64,000 nucleotides of DNA from Promethearchaeota archaeon. GTDB lineage: Archaea; Asgardarchaeota; Lokiarchaeia; Sigyniarchaeales; SOKP01. Where the stretch lies: positions 23,831 to 87,830 of the forward strand of contig JBHLLU010000013.1 of the NCBI GenBank assembly GCA_048938895.1, read 5' to 3'. Below the pieces are notes generated by a model. It ran no database searches and had not been told where the DNA came from. It was given only the letters and a program-made list of their open reading frames with translations. Made by a program: the position numbers and the translations under genes. Positions 17,197-27,150 of the stretch are shown piece after piece. How positions within the stretch are numbered: position 1 is the first letter of the stretch; every line of letters begins with the position of its first letter.

Positions 17197-19668
17197 TTAA
17201 CCAGTAAACTGCGTCTGTACTTGTTCATATAAGTTCTTCTTATAAATAATTTTCACTCCAGACCTAGCTACAATAAAGATTACTGCAACGGGGATCAGAA
17301 TCGTACCGAGAAAAGTAAGCATTGTAAACTGCGGAAAGATCGCAAATTCACCTCGATATGCCCTTATCATAAAGTTGGTTATTAGTGGTATTGATAAAAG
17401 TGCAATTATGACAGCAATTACGGTCCAGATAAGATTTTCCAGGAATATCTGGCCAAATATTTTCTTTTCCTTGAATCCAAGACTTCTAAGTACTCCATAT
17501 TCATTTTCATGCTCTGTTATCTTCATTAGTGTAGAATTAACTAATATAAAGAATTCAACTAATGCTGCAAATCCTACAACAACACCAATAAAGGGGATTA
17601 ATAGATCTCCATATACTTTTATTTGATTTATTAAGTTTGCCATTGGTTGAACTACTGAAATCTCATTAGATACATTATAAATATCATTAATAAGTTTTGA
17701 TTTGTCTATCAGTGTATTGGAATAGGTTAAGAAAATGAAGTTTATTTTACCGAATTGATTGGAAAATGACTGAGCAGAATGTAATAATATATAACATGTT
17801 GTCATAATCTCTTTGGTAATCCCAACAATTTTATATTGTTTCATATTTCCTGATGGGTTATATATTGAAATGTTATCTCTAACATTTAACTTCAATTTAC
17901 GTGCAATATGATCTGAAATTACTATCTCGTTATCATTTTGATATAATCGACTAGATTTTCCATTTCGATTGATAAGGTTGAATTGGTGTAAAGATTGATT
18001 TTGTTTAAGACCTAATAAAATTCCCGTTTGATTTTTTACCTCAATTTGTGGGTTCTCAAATAGAAGCGTAAGTTTAAGCGATGACTCAGCATTAGCAATC
18101 TCAGGTAAAGAATTAATATCTTGCATCTCAATACCGGAATCGTTTACACTGATTGAAAATGATACATTTACATCCCATTTCTCCGTTATTCTAATAGCCT
18201 TATTTGTAGTATATTGTACACTGTCCCACATAACGAACATTGAGCTGACTATCAAAATGGAGAATGTTATTCCGATCATCATCAAAGATGTGTTACGAGG
18301 ATTTCTGATGAAATTCCTCCAGAATAATTTATTGGATGGAGACATACCAATCTTTTTTGTTTTTTTCGATGTCCTAATCAATTTATATCTTTTTAATCGT
18401 TCAGAACGCTGATGTTTATATATTAAGTCAATAATTTTTTTCTTCATCATGTTATAAATTGGTGGAATCATTGATAAAAATCCAATTCCAAAACTTAGTA
18501 GGAAAGCCTCAACAATTAGTAAATATGAAAATGGGAATAAAATGTTTATCCCTAAAATCCCTGTGCCCATCTCTAAAGCCATTTCCTCTACAAATGTATA
18601 TGCAAATAAAGTACTGATAATGGTTGATATTAGCGTAATCTCAAGTAATAATACTAAATAAGATTTTGAAATTTTTCTCTTAGAAAAACCTAGACAACCA
18701 AGAATTCCAATTTGTTTTTGTTGGGAGGATATAAACTGTTTATAAATTGACATATTAGATGTAAGGGCCATTACAAGTGCAAGAATTAAAATAATGTAAA
18801 AGACTTCTGTACTCCCTTCAAGATCACTCATTAAATAATGCCAGGTATAACTATCTTTAAAGGGAGTGCTCGAAATGATTTGAATACCAAGATTATTAAA
18901 TTTATCCTGTATTAGCCCATTTAAATCAGCTTGATTTGCATTATCATCGAAAATAACTTGTAACTGGTTAAATTGATATGAACTATATGGGAAAAACAAT
19001 TGTGGATTTGATAATATAACCGTTTGGATTAAATCATTCACATCCACAAACCCAATACCCATCGACCCTTTTATAGGAAATAATACCTCCGGTGCAGTAT
19101 TAGTCATAGTAAATTCTATACTCCAAAAATCTCCTTTAATCGTGAAATTTGCATTTCCTAAAGATTCAATCGAAATATTCTCGGAAATGTATAAATCTCG
19201 AGCTTTATAAAATTCTTTTGATAATAATATCTTATGATAATCACCTGGTTGCAGATTAGTCCCAGATTTTAAATCATATTTATATATTGGTAAATTATTC
19301 GTTTCCGAAAATGACGACGTCACATTAATTCCGATTAATTGAATTTGATATGTTTGTGGGTCATCCTTTACTTTAATTGGAAATTGAAAAATAAGCCGGG
19401 GAACAGTATCTTTTACACCCAGTATTGAATTAATTTCAGATACAGCAGTCGAATTAAATCCAGAAGTAACATATTCATAATCTGCCCGATTTGCATCTTT
19501 ATAAAGATCTTTAAACAGCGGTTTAATAGAAGTAAAGATTTGAAAAATTCCAACAGCAAAACCAATACATAGAGATAATATTACAATTAAAATTATTCTT
19601 CGTTTACCTAATCTTTTTAAATCTTTCCAAGGTTTTTTATTTAATAATTTCGTTTCAATCCTCTCTAT
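17197..19668 (-). CDS. FtsX/MacB-type ABC transporter permease (duplicated domains)
   Basis: IGILGCLGFSKRKI and YGVLRSLGF repeats. Frame stays open upstream of 19323 through LLNKKPWKDLKRLGKRRIILIVILSLCIGFAVG; start probably ATA 19668 or ATT 19659. Confidence 0.85.
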   Translation of the reverse strand: MERIETKLLNKKPWKDLKRLGKRRIILIVILSLCIGFAVGIFQIFTSIKPLFKDLYKDANRADYEYVTSGFNSTAVSEINSILGVKDTVPRLIFQFPIKVKDDPQTYQIQLIGINVTSSFSETNNLPIYKYDLKSGTNLQPGDYHKILLSKEFYKARDLYISENISIESLGNANFTIKGDFWSIEFTMTNTAPEVLFPIKGSMGIGFVDVNDLIQTVILSNPQLFFPYSSYQFNQLQVIFDDNANQADLNGLIQDKFNNLGIQIISSTPFKDSYTWHYLMSDLEGSTEVFYIILILALVMALTSNMSIYKQFISSQQKQIGILGCLGFSKRKISKSYLVLLLEITLISTIISTLFAYTFVEEMALEMGTGILGINILFPFSYLLIVEAFLLSFGIGFLSMIPPIYNMMKKKIIDLIYKHQRSERLKRYKLIRTSKKTKKIGMSPSNKLFWRNFIRNPRNTSLMMIGITFSILIVSSMFVMWDSVQYTTNKAIRITEKWDVNVSFSISVNDSGIEMQDINSLPEIANAESSLKLTLLFENPQIEVKNQTGILLGLKQNQSLHQFNLINRNGKSSRLYQNDNEIVISDHIARKLKLNVRDNISIYNPSGNMKQYKIVGITKEIMTTCYILLHSAQSFSNQFGKINFIFLTYSNTLIDKSKLINDIYNVSNEISVVQPMANLINQIKVYGDLLIPFIGVVVGFAALVEFFILVNSTLMKITEHENEYGVLRSLGFKEKKIFGQIFLENLIWTVIAVIIALLSIPLITNFMIRAYRGEFAIFPQFTMLTFLGTILIPVAVIFIVARSGVKIIYKKNLYEQVQTQFTG

Positions 19669-19683
19669 ATTTTCGATCCTCTT

Positions 19684-20391
19684 TTACGAATCAGTTATGA
19701 TTTTTCCATTCCGTATGTGAATTTCCCTTGATTGCAGCTTTTCTGTGATTAAAGGATTATGAGTGACAACTATAAAAGTCGCATTGTAATCAGTAGCTAT
19801 TTCCTTTACTAATTCAAGAATTTGATCACCTGTCTCCTCATCGATATTTCCAGTAGGTTCGTCCATTAGGATGAGGAGGCTACCTTCTGCAAATTCTTCC
19901 TTCACTAAAGCTCGGGCTATGGTAACTCTTTGCTGTTGACCTCCACTAAGTTCAGAAGGGAGATGATCCAATCTATCACCTAATCCAACGGCTTCGAGAT
20001 ATTTTAAAGCAATATTACGAATCTCTTCTTTTTTTCCGAAAGTTTCTATTGCGATTTCTACATTTTCTAATGCAGTCAATGAAGGTAATAAATTAAAGAA
20101 TTGGAAGACAAACCCTACTTTTTTTTTTCTATATTCTGCTAATTGGTCAGGTGATAATTTGCTTATGAGTTCATTAAAAACAATTATATCCCCAGATGTA
20201 GGTGAATCAATACCACCTAATAAATTTAACAGGGTTGTTTTACCTGCCCCTGATGGGCCGAGTAGTGTTATTAATTCACCCGATTTTATTTCTAAATTTA
20301 CATTATCAAGTGCAACAACCTCATTTTCACCCATAGAATAAATTTTGCTCACATTATTCAAGATAAGGGTTTGTCCAGTCATATTAATCAA
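19684..20391 (-). CDS. ABC ATPase (LolD/MacB-type)
   Basis: GPSGAGKT, GFVFQFFNL, LSGGQQQRV, DEPTGN. Confidence 0.95.
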   Translation of the reverse strand: MINMTGQTLILNNVSKIYSMGENEVVALDNVNLEIKSGELITLLGPSGAGKTTLLNLLGGIDSPTSGDIIVFNELISKLSPDQLAEYRKKKVGFVFQFFNLLPSLTALENVEIAIETFGKKEEIRNIALKYLEAVGLGDRLDHLPSELSGGQQQRVTIARALVKEEFAEGSLLILMDEPTGNIDEETGDQILELVKEIATDYNATFIVVTHNPLITEKLQSREIHIRNGKIITDS

Positions 20392-20659
20392 TTAAGTTTA
20401 ATTGTATTTATTATGTGATTTAATTTTATAATATATATTTTCATCCCCTAATATCTATAAGGCATGCTTTAATTTCATGATTAAAAATGTTTAATAACTT
20501 TTTCGTAAGACATCGAAAATTTCTATCAATTCTGCGGAAATTCTGCAAGAAGTCAAATGGCAGAAAAGAAATATTTCTGTAAGTGATTAAATTTCATATC
20601 ACTCAGAATTTACTTTGTTAATAATTATATTTTTAACGTAACAAAACAACAAAAATCTC

Positions 20660-21250
20660 ATGTTTGATGAAGAGGTTATGAATAAAATCAAAAGATTTGC
20701 TTTCGATAACTCTGCGAAAGATGACATTCATGGATTTGCTCATATTGAACGATTATATGATATGGCACTTGAAATAGGAGCTAAATTAAATGCGAACATG
20801 GATTTATTAAAAATCTCCGTACTTCTTCATGATATTGGTAGAATTGATGAGAAAGATGATAATTTAAAGAGAAATCATGCAGATATATCTGCTGAAAAAG
20901 CATATAATTTTCTCATTTCTCAGAAATTTAAGGTCTCTGAAGTAGATCTGAAGGAGATAATTCACTGTATAAAAGCTCACTCATTTTCAAACAATATAAT
21001 TCCACAAACGCTTGAAGCAAAAATATTATCCGACCTTGATAAATTAGACGCGCTTGGAGCAATAGGCTTATACAGAACGATTGGTTTTACAATCAAAAAA
21101 AATGGTGGTCTCGATCAAGTTATTGAACACCTAGAAAATAAAATTCTAAAATTAAAAGAAAACATGCAATTAGATATTATCAAAAAGATTGCTGAAGAAC
21201 GTGAATTAATTATATATGACTTTTACAAAAAAATAATAAAACAAAGGTAA
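20660..21250 (+). CDS. HD-domain phosphohydrolase
   Basis: HGFAHIER, LLHDIGR, HSFS, DLDKLDALGAIG. Confidence 0.9.
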   Translation: MFDEEVMNKIKRFAFDNSAKDDIHGFAHIERLYDMALEIGAKLNANMDLLKISVLLHDIGRIDEKDDNLKRNHADISAEKAYNFLISQKFKVSEVDLKEIIHCIKAHSFSNNIIPQTLEAKILSDLDKLDALGAIGLYRTIGFTIKKNGGLDQVIEHLENKILKLKENMQLDIIKKIAEERELIIYDFYKKIIKQR

Positions 21251-21327
21251 GCGTAAGTCGGTCATCACAATTTAAAGAAAAAACAAGTAAAAAAAAATAA
21301 ATGGTATATTTTGTTTGACTTTTATCA

Positions 21328-22134
21328 TTATCCCCTAAATCTCTTTTCTAATGTTTTCTGATGTAATGCAAAAGCTATAAAGAGAAAACATAAACCAAAT
21401 CCTAACAAAACTCCAAAATCCACTAACAACCCAAGCGAACCAAAAGCACTAATTTCTCCTAATGATACATTTAAAATATCAGCACAATATGTAAGTGGGG
21501 ATATAAAGGCAGTAGCAAGCGAGCGAATAGGCATAAAGAGTGGACTGATAAATAGTAGTGGAAATTTAATAAGGATTTGTAAAATCATGGTATTTCCAGG
21601 GGTACTTGCAGGTGGAGCCGAAATAATCAGACTAAAACTAGAAAACACCAAAGCAGCAACAACCATAGCGGTAATAACAAGAAAATAGTTAATATCCAAG
21701 TTTCCCCCTTGAAAAACTATTCCCAAAATAAAGGGAATTGATGAGAATAGTACACCGTATATGAACGAACTCCAAATACTACCAATCATTATTGTTTTAA
21801 TTGAAATCGGACAAGTTATCAAGCGTTCAAGAGTACCACGCATCGTCTCCCAAGGAAAAATTATTGGTCCTAACGAAGTTGCAGTTAAGAAAAGAACCAT
21901 TGTCATTATTCCAGATATAATATATACTGGTTCTATGTTTCTTCCGACTGTAAAAGCAAAGAATAGGATTATTGGAAAAAATATTCCTTGAATTAACACA
22001 GGGGGTTTATTATAATATATTTTTAAATCTTTTTTGGTTATTGTAAAAGATCTTTTTATTTGAACAATAAAATTCTGGAATCTAGAGTTTTTATCTAGCA
22101 TAAATTTATTATTAATCTTCTTCACCTCTTTCAA
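21328..22134 (-). CDS. ABC-2 type permease
   Basis: About 6 TM; GTLERLITCP; SPLTY. Confidence 0.9.
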   Translation of the reverse strand: MKEVKKINNKFMLDKNSRFQNFIVQIKRSFTITKKDLKIYYNKPPVLIQGIFFPIILFFAFTVGRNIEPVYIISGIMTMVLFLTATSLGPIIFPWETMRGTLERLITCPISIKTIMIGSIWSSFIYGVLFSSIPFILGIVFQGGNLDINYFLVITAMVVAALVFSSFSLIISAPPASTPGNTMILQILIKFPLLFISPLFMPIRSLATAFISPLTYCADILNVSLGEISAFGSLGLLVDFGVLLGFGLCFLFIAFALHQKTLEKRFRG

Positions 22135-23101
22135 TAATTCTTAAAAAAGCATCTTCTAACTTTGGTTGATGGGTGTTTAATTGTTTTATGATTATATTGT
22201 TCTGTTTAATGAAATCCACAATCTCACATACACCCTCATGAATGTCTTCTACAATTATATGAAGACCCCCTCTTACTTTTTGAACTTCTCTAACAGAAGC
22301 CAAGTTTTCAATTTTAGCCATATCTGCTCCATTATCAAAATAGAAGTCTATTGCCCTATAATCTTGCGTTAGTCTCTTTAAATTTTCGGGAGTATCAAGA
22401 CTTATAATTTTACCATGATTAATGATTGCAATTCTATGGCAAAGTTCATTCGCAACTTCCATATCATGAGTAGTAAGAAAAACGGTTACTCCTTTTTCAT
22501 TATATTCTCTAATTAATTGTTTAATTATACGAGCGGATTGTACATCTAATCCACTTGTAGGTTCATCAAGAAATAAAATCTCTGGATCACTCATTAGGGC
22601 CATACACAATAATAATCTTTGCTTCATTCCCTTCGAATACTTCATTGATTTCAAATTTCGCTTATCATATAGTTCAAATTTCTTAAGTAGATCTTCTGCT
22701 CGTTCTAAACGGATTTTCTTAGGCACACCATAAATTTCCCCAATAAATAGCAGATTTTGCTGACCAGATAAATCAAAATATACATTAGCTTCCTCTGGTA
22801 CATTTCCTGTAATTTGTTTTACTAGATTCTGGTTTTTCCATACATCATATCCATAAATTGACGCATTTCCTTTAGTAGGCTTTAGAACTCCTGTCAACAT
22901 TCGGATTGTAGTGGTTTTTCCAGCTCCATTAGGCCCTAAAAATCCAAAAATTTCTCCCTTTTTTACAGCAAAACTAATTTCATCAACTGCTCGGATAACA
23001 CCCATTTTTTGTTGAGGCCCATTCGTTCCCATTTTCCCCACTTTCCCTTTTTTTGGGGCTTCAAAATGTTTCCCTAGATTTTTTACGGTGATAGCACTCA
23101 T
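22112..23101 (-). CDS. ABC-2 (DrrA-like) ATPase
   Basis: GPNGAGKTT, YSKGMKQR, DEPTSGLD, LEDAF. Confidence 0.95.
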   Translation of the reverse strand: MSAITVKNLGKHFEAPKKGKVGKMGTNGPQQKMGVIRAVDEISFAVKKGEIFGFLGPNGAGKTTTIRMLTGVLKPTKGNASIYGYDVWKNQNLVKQITGNVPEEANVYFDLSGQQNLLFIGEIYGVPKKIRLERAEDLLKKFELYDKRNLKSMKYSKGMKQRLLLCMALMSDPEILFLDEPTSGLDVQSARIIKQLIREYNEKGVTVFLTTHDMEVANELCHRIAIINHGKIISLDTPENLKRLTQDYRAIDFYFDNGADMAKIENLASVREVQKVRGGLHIIVEDIHEGVCEIVDFIKQNNIIIKQLNTHQPKLEDAFLRIIERGEED

Positions 23102-23256
23102 AATAACACCTTTTTCTTATCGATGTGTTTTAAAAGCTCGTTGATTGATTGATCTCCGTGACATTTAATAATTTGATTTAAAGTACACCCCTCAGGATGC
23201 TTTTCTTTTATTTCAGGCATGTTGCAGGTACATTCTTCTGTTTCTTTTATTTTCAT
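23098..23256 (-). CDS. Small Cys/His-rich protein (52 aa), not in ORF track
   Basis: MKIKETEECTCNMPEIKEKHPEGCTLNQIIKCHGDQSINELLKHIDKKKVLL; GAGG SD; ATGA overlap with ABC ATPase start. Confidence 0.7.
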   Translation of the reverse strand: MKIKETEECTCNMPEIKEKHPEGCTLNQIIKCHGDQSINELLKHIDKKKVLL

Positions 23257-23375
23257 TAGATATTAACCTCAAATTTTTTATACATCATTTAATTAGTTAA
23301 ATGATAGATCAAAATAATCAAACTATATTTTTAAATATTTCGATACTTTATTAATATTATAGGAGAATTAGTATT

Positions 23376-23720
23376 ATGAAGGAAATAAGTTTAGATGATA
23401 TTGGGGATTATGTTAAGGCTTTACATTGTGGAATCAGATGGGAAATAATTGATTATCTTAAAAATGGATCGAAAAGCTCCGAAGAGATTTTCCAATATCT
23501 AACAGAATTAAGAGAAAAAGTCCAATCACATATGGCAGAATGCAAAGGAAATTGTCATAAAGAATTTAAAAATGAAATTAAAAAACAAAATGTTTATTAT
23601 CATCTAAGAGAACTAGAAAAAGTCGGTATTATAGTATTAGATGAATATAAACCAAGCGAAAGGGCTCCTGAGAAGGTTTGGAAGTTAAATTATGATAAAC
23701 TTATTATAAATTTTAAATAG
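23376..23720 (+). CDS. ArsR-like wHTH regulator with Cys/His insertion
   Basis: KALHCGIRWEII, CKGNCH insert, VYYHLRELEKVGII. Confidence 0.8.
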   Translation: MKEISLDDIGDYVKALHCGIRWEIIDYLKNGSKSSEEIFQYLTELREKVQSHMAECKGNCHKEFKNEIKKQNVYYHLRELEKVGIIVLDEYKPSERAPEKVWKLNYDKLIINFK

Positions 23721-23790
23721 ACAAAACTCAATTTAGAGTTTAGATTTTAGGCTGTTTGGAAAACAGACAAATGCTCACATAAAAAAGCTT

Positions 23791-24348
23791 TTAATCATAC
23801 TCAAGAGAAAAAGTTTCTTCAATCCATTTTTCGATATCATCTTTGGACTTAGATATTGGTTGTGCTCCTTTGGATGGATCTCTATACCTTTCTTTTTCAA
23901 TTTCTTTAGAGATGTCTTTGAATAAATTAATATCCCCATTTTTAACGTGAATTTCAACTACAGTCTTAAAAGCAATTGGCCTTTGAAAACCCATATGGAC
24001 ATACATTGAATCTATAAAATCTTTTGCAAGAAGCAATTTTCCAGTGAAGAAAGGTTTTAGGTTTAAGTTCTTATATTTATATTTGAATAAATCACCTTCT
24101 TTCATAGGTTCAATGTCATTGATTTTTGGGGGATCATCAACATTTACACGCATCTCATCGAGGACTAGTTGATCCTCTGAAATAATATATTTCATAACAT
24201 AACCTCTCCAACAAGCAGTACAATTAAAATAAGGGGTAATACCGAAGTCTTCTGGTGAGAATAAACCTTCACCTTTTAATCCAATTAGAGAGAAAATTTC
24301 ATTATTTAATTTAAATTCATCTGGCATTTGGGCTGTTATTATTATCAC
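23791..24348 (-). CDS. Hypothetical protein with CTACWRGY motif
   Basis: 185 aa ORF; TACWRGY and YVHMGF motifs. Confidence 0.75.
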   Translation of the reverse strand: MIIITAQMPDEFKLNNEIFSLIGLKGEGLFSPEDFGITPYFNCTACWRGYVMKYIISEDQLVLDEMRVNVDDPPKINDIEPMKEGDLFKYKYKNLNLKPFFTGKLLLAKDFIDSMYVHMGFQRPIAFKTVVEIHVKNGDINLFKDISKEIEKERYRDPSKGAQPISKSKDDIEKWIEETFSLEYD

Positions 24349-24349
24349 C

Positions 24350-25603
24350 TTAAATTTTTAAAATTATACTCAATAATATCGGGAACTTTTCTTCTGAACC
24401 CCACACAACGTATATTTTATCATTAATTGGAACCGCAACATGTCGGGCAGCTACGATCCAATCTGTCCCAATATTATTCGCTGTTGCCGTACCCTCCTTA
24501 AATTTAAAATACATAACCATTCCTAGATAATTTTGAACTTTTGTATCTTCTATTCTAATAGCTTCTAGATCTGGGATTGTATACTCATTTATATCAAGAT
24601 CAGGTTGTATTGCTTCTCTTATTTTTTCAGAAGATAACTGTAATGCAGCACGAATAATGACTTCTTCTTTTACTTCTCTATCATATTCAAAAAGTATAAG
24701 ACCACAGTCTTTTTCAACTCCAGTGATACCTAAAGTATTGAAATCGAAAGCCTTCTGACTATATATTTTTAAGTCCTTATTAATCTTTGAGATTTTAATC
24801 CATCCATTTTCGAGATCTTCACCCATAACATATCGAAAACTCTTTAAAATTCTTAATTCCTCTTCTTTTGAACTAATAACCTCATCCATAATATTATTTA
24901 AAGGTTGTGCTACGAAGATTTGAGCACCTTTAGGGGCATCTAAAACCATATCAACCCAATTTTTCTTTACAAGACGATCCATTATTCTATATATTGTTGT
25001 CCTTTTTATATCTAATTCTTTATTCAAATTTCCAACTCTATCCCCTTTCTCTCCCTTTTTTAGTAACCCTAAATAGACTTGTGCTTCATCAAAACTCAAA
25101 CCAACTTTCAACAAACCTAGTTGTTGTAGTATCTCAGTATCATTAAGAATGATTCTAGGTGATGCCCATTTCAAATCTTCAACTTTCCCTAATTCTTTAT
25201 CTAAATCCATATAAGGCTTTTTAGAACTTAATTTACTCAGAATTTTAGATGCTTCTGTAAACCCTGATAGTAAATTTCCATCAGAAGCAATTTTACACAC
25301 AATTTTCCTTTCATCATCTTTAAACCCTACTATCCCTCCTACATATCGAGATCCTTTTAAAGTAATTGCTATAAATTTTTCAGTAGTATTTTGAATAATC
25401 ACACATTTTAAACCAGATACTGTAATATTTTCTGATTCTCCTGAATCCCAGATGAAATTAATCTGATCAATATCTTGACTAATGTCCCAATTTGTACTAT
25501 ATATAATATTTTTTTCGCCTTCTATAATGGCTACTGAAATAATTTTAGATTCTGATTCAGTTAAATTCTCAATATCAGGTAAAATTTTTTCCATAAGAAT
25601 CAA
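24350..25603 (-). CDS. Profilin-like domain fused to TrmB-type HTH regulator
   Basis: N-term VAIIEG..IIYSTNWDIS..ITVSGLKCVIIQNTTEKFIA (Asgard profilin pattern); middle GLSFDEAQVYLGLL..IKRTTIYRIMDRLVKKNWV (TrmB HTH). Confidence 0.75.
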   Translation of the reverse strand: MILMEKILPDIENLTESESKIISVAIIEGEKNIIYSTNWDISQDIDQINFIWDSGESENITVSGLKCVIIQNTTEKFIAITLKGSRYVGGIVGFKDDERKIVCKIASDGNLLSGFTEASKILSKLSSKKPYMDLDKELGKVEDLKWASPRIILNDTEILQQLGLLKVGLSFDEAQVYLGLLKKGEKGDRVGNLNKELDIKRTTIYRIMDRLVKKNWVDMVLDAPKGAQIFVAQPLNNIMDEVISSKEEELRILKSFRYVMGEDLENGWIKISKINKDLKIYSQKAFDFNTLGITGVEKDCGLILFEYDREVKEEVIIRAALQLSSEKIREAIQPDLDINEYTIPDLEAIRIEDTKVQNYLGMVMYFKFKEGTATANNIGTDWIVAARHVAVPINDKIYVVWGSEEKFPILLSIILKI

Positions 25604-25633
25604 ACAACCAATAGTTAATAAAAATAAAAATTA

Positions 25634-25846
25634 TTATTTTTCATTTTCCCTAAATTTCTTTTTTAATTCCTCTAATACTTTATTGAAATAGCTTGAATTT
25701 TTTGTTTCCTGAATGTTTGTGAAGTAAGTCGGCATAATTACTTTTTCTGATTCTTTTTTTATTGCTTCATCTGCCCAAAAAATATCCTCATCGAGAAAAA
25801 TACATGGTATTCCATCAATCATAGTTATTTTGATCATTTTAATCAT
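25634..25846 (-). CDS. Small hypothetical protein in actin operon
   Basis: 70 aa ORF filling the gap on the same strand. Confidence 0.55.
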   Translation of the reverse strand: MIKMIKITMIDGIPCIFLDEDIFWADEAIKKESEKVIMPTYFTNIQETKNSSYFNKVLEELKKKFRENEK

Positions 25847-25864
25847 TTTTTTTGTAATAATTAT

Positions 25865-27022
25865 TTAAAAACATCTATGAATCACTTGGGGACCTAATTC
25901 CTTATAATCTCTACGTGTTATCCACATCCGATAAAATGACTTTAGAGAACTTAAGATTGAGCCCCCAATCCAGACAGAATACATTCGTTCTGGTGGTGCG
26001 ATTATTTTTACATCTATGGAGTCTGGTATCTGCTCTTTTATCTCTCTAGTTAATCTTTCTTTCACACCAGGAAACATTGTGGAACCTCCGGAAAGCACTA
26101 TATTACTATATAAATCGCGACGAAGATCCATGTCACATTCGGATATTGCTCCCACAATTGCATCATCCAAAGGCAAAAGTTCTTTTCCTAATACAGAAGG
26201 ATTGAAGAAACTTTCAGGAGCCAAAAATCTTTCAATACCTATTTTTATGGTCTCTCCATCGGGTAGCATGTAACTCTTTTCCATACCAGTCACTCGTTTT
26301 GAAAGTAAGATTTCTTTTTCGGGATCTAAAGCCACATAACACAATTTTTCTTTTATTTCCCTAACTACTTCCTTTTCCGAAGAGGATATAAACGAAAATC
26401 CATTTTGTCTTAGAAGTCTCTGTAAATAAATGGTAACGTCTCTCCCTGCAAGATCTATTCTTTCAATCGCGTGATTTAAAGCAAATCCTTCATAAATTGG
26501 AACAATGTGAGAAACACCATCCCCAATATCTATTACGCAACCAGTTGTTCTGCCAGAAGCATATAAAGATAATACCGCTTGCGTTGCCACATATAAAGCA
26601 GGAACATTAAAAGTCTCAAACATTATCTCGGCCATTTTCTCCCGATTTGATCTAGGATTAAGTGGAGCTTCTGTTAATAGAACAGGATGTTCGGAAGGAT
26701 CGATTCTTAAATCAGTATAAAAAGTATAATGCAATATGCGTTCCATCGCAGGCCAATCATCGACTATACCATGCTCAATAGGAAACTGTAAATTCATGAT
26801 ACCTTTCATTTCTATCGCTTCACTACCTATATACCATTCACGTGAATAATCCTTGACATCAGGCATAATATTACCATACTTAGGTTTGCCAATTACAGTT
26901 GGAAACACAGATCGTGGTTGATCTTCACCTCCAAATCCGTTTTTTGAGATTCCTGTGCCACTATCTATCACAATAGCTTTGTTTGTTAAAAAATCCCCAT
27001 TGACTGAAATTTTATCAAACAC
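25865..27022 (-). CDS. Actin homolog (Asgard actin)
   Basis: VIDSGTG, FPIEHGIV, HPVLLTEAPLNP, QAVLSLYASGRTTG, DIGDGVSH, LSGGSTMFPG, YSVWIGGSIL, terminal IHRCF. Start likely GTG 27022 or ATT 27010, since ATG 27067 abuts the TATA box. Confidence 0.97.
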   Translation of the reverse strand: MFDKISVNGDFLTNKAIVIDSGTGISKNGFGGEDQPRSVFPTVIGKPKYGNIMPDVKDYSREWYIGSEAIEMKGIMNLQFPIEHGIVDDWPAMERILHYTFYTDLRIDPSEHPVLLTEAPLNPRSNREKMAEIMFETFNVPALYVATQAVLSLYASGRTTGCVIDIGDGVSHIVPIYEGFALNHAIERIDLAGRDVTIYLQRLLRQNGFSFISSSEKEVVREIKEKLCYVALDPEKEILLSKRVTGMEKSYMLPDGETIKIGIERFLAPESFFNPSVLGKELLPLDDAIVGAISECDMDLRRDLYSNIVLSGGSTMFPGVKERLTREIKEQIPDSIDVKIIAPPERMYSVWIGGSILSSLKSFYRMWITRRDYKELGPQVIHRCF

Positions 27023-27070
27023 CTCGTTTTTCTTTTTTAAAGTTTGATAGAATACAAATAGCAACATTCA

Positions 27071-27100
27071 TATTTAAACTTTGTCACGCTGTGGTGACAA
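27071..27100 (-). promoter_or_regulatory. Actin promoter: TATA box plus upstream 7-6-7 palindrome
   Basis: TTTAAATA on minus strand (27071-27078) preceded by TTGTCAC-N6-GTGACAA (27081-27100). Confidence 0.6.
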
Positions 27101-27150
27101 TCATGTTATGCAATACAGACAAAATAAATTAAAAAATAAATTAAAATGAG

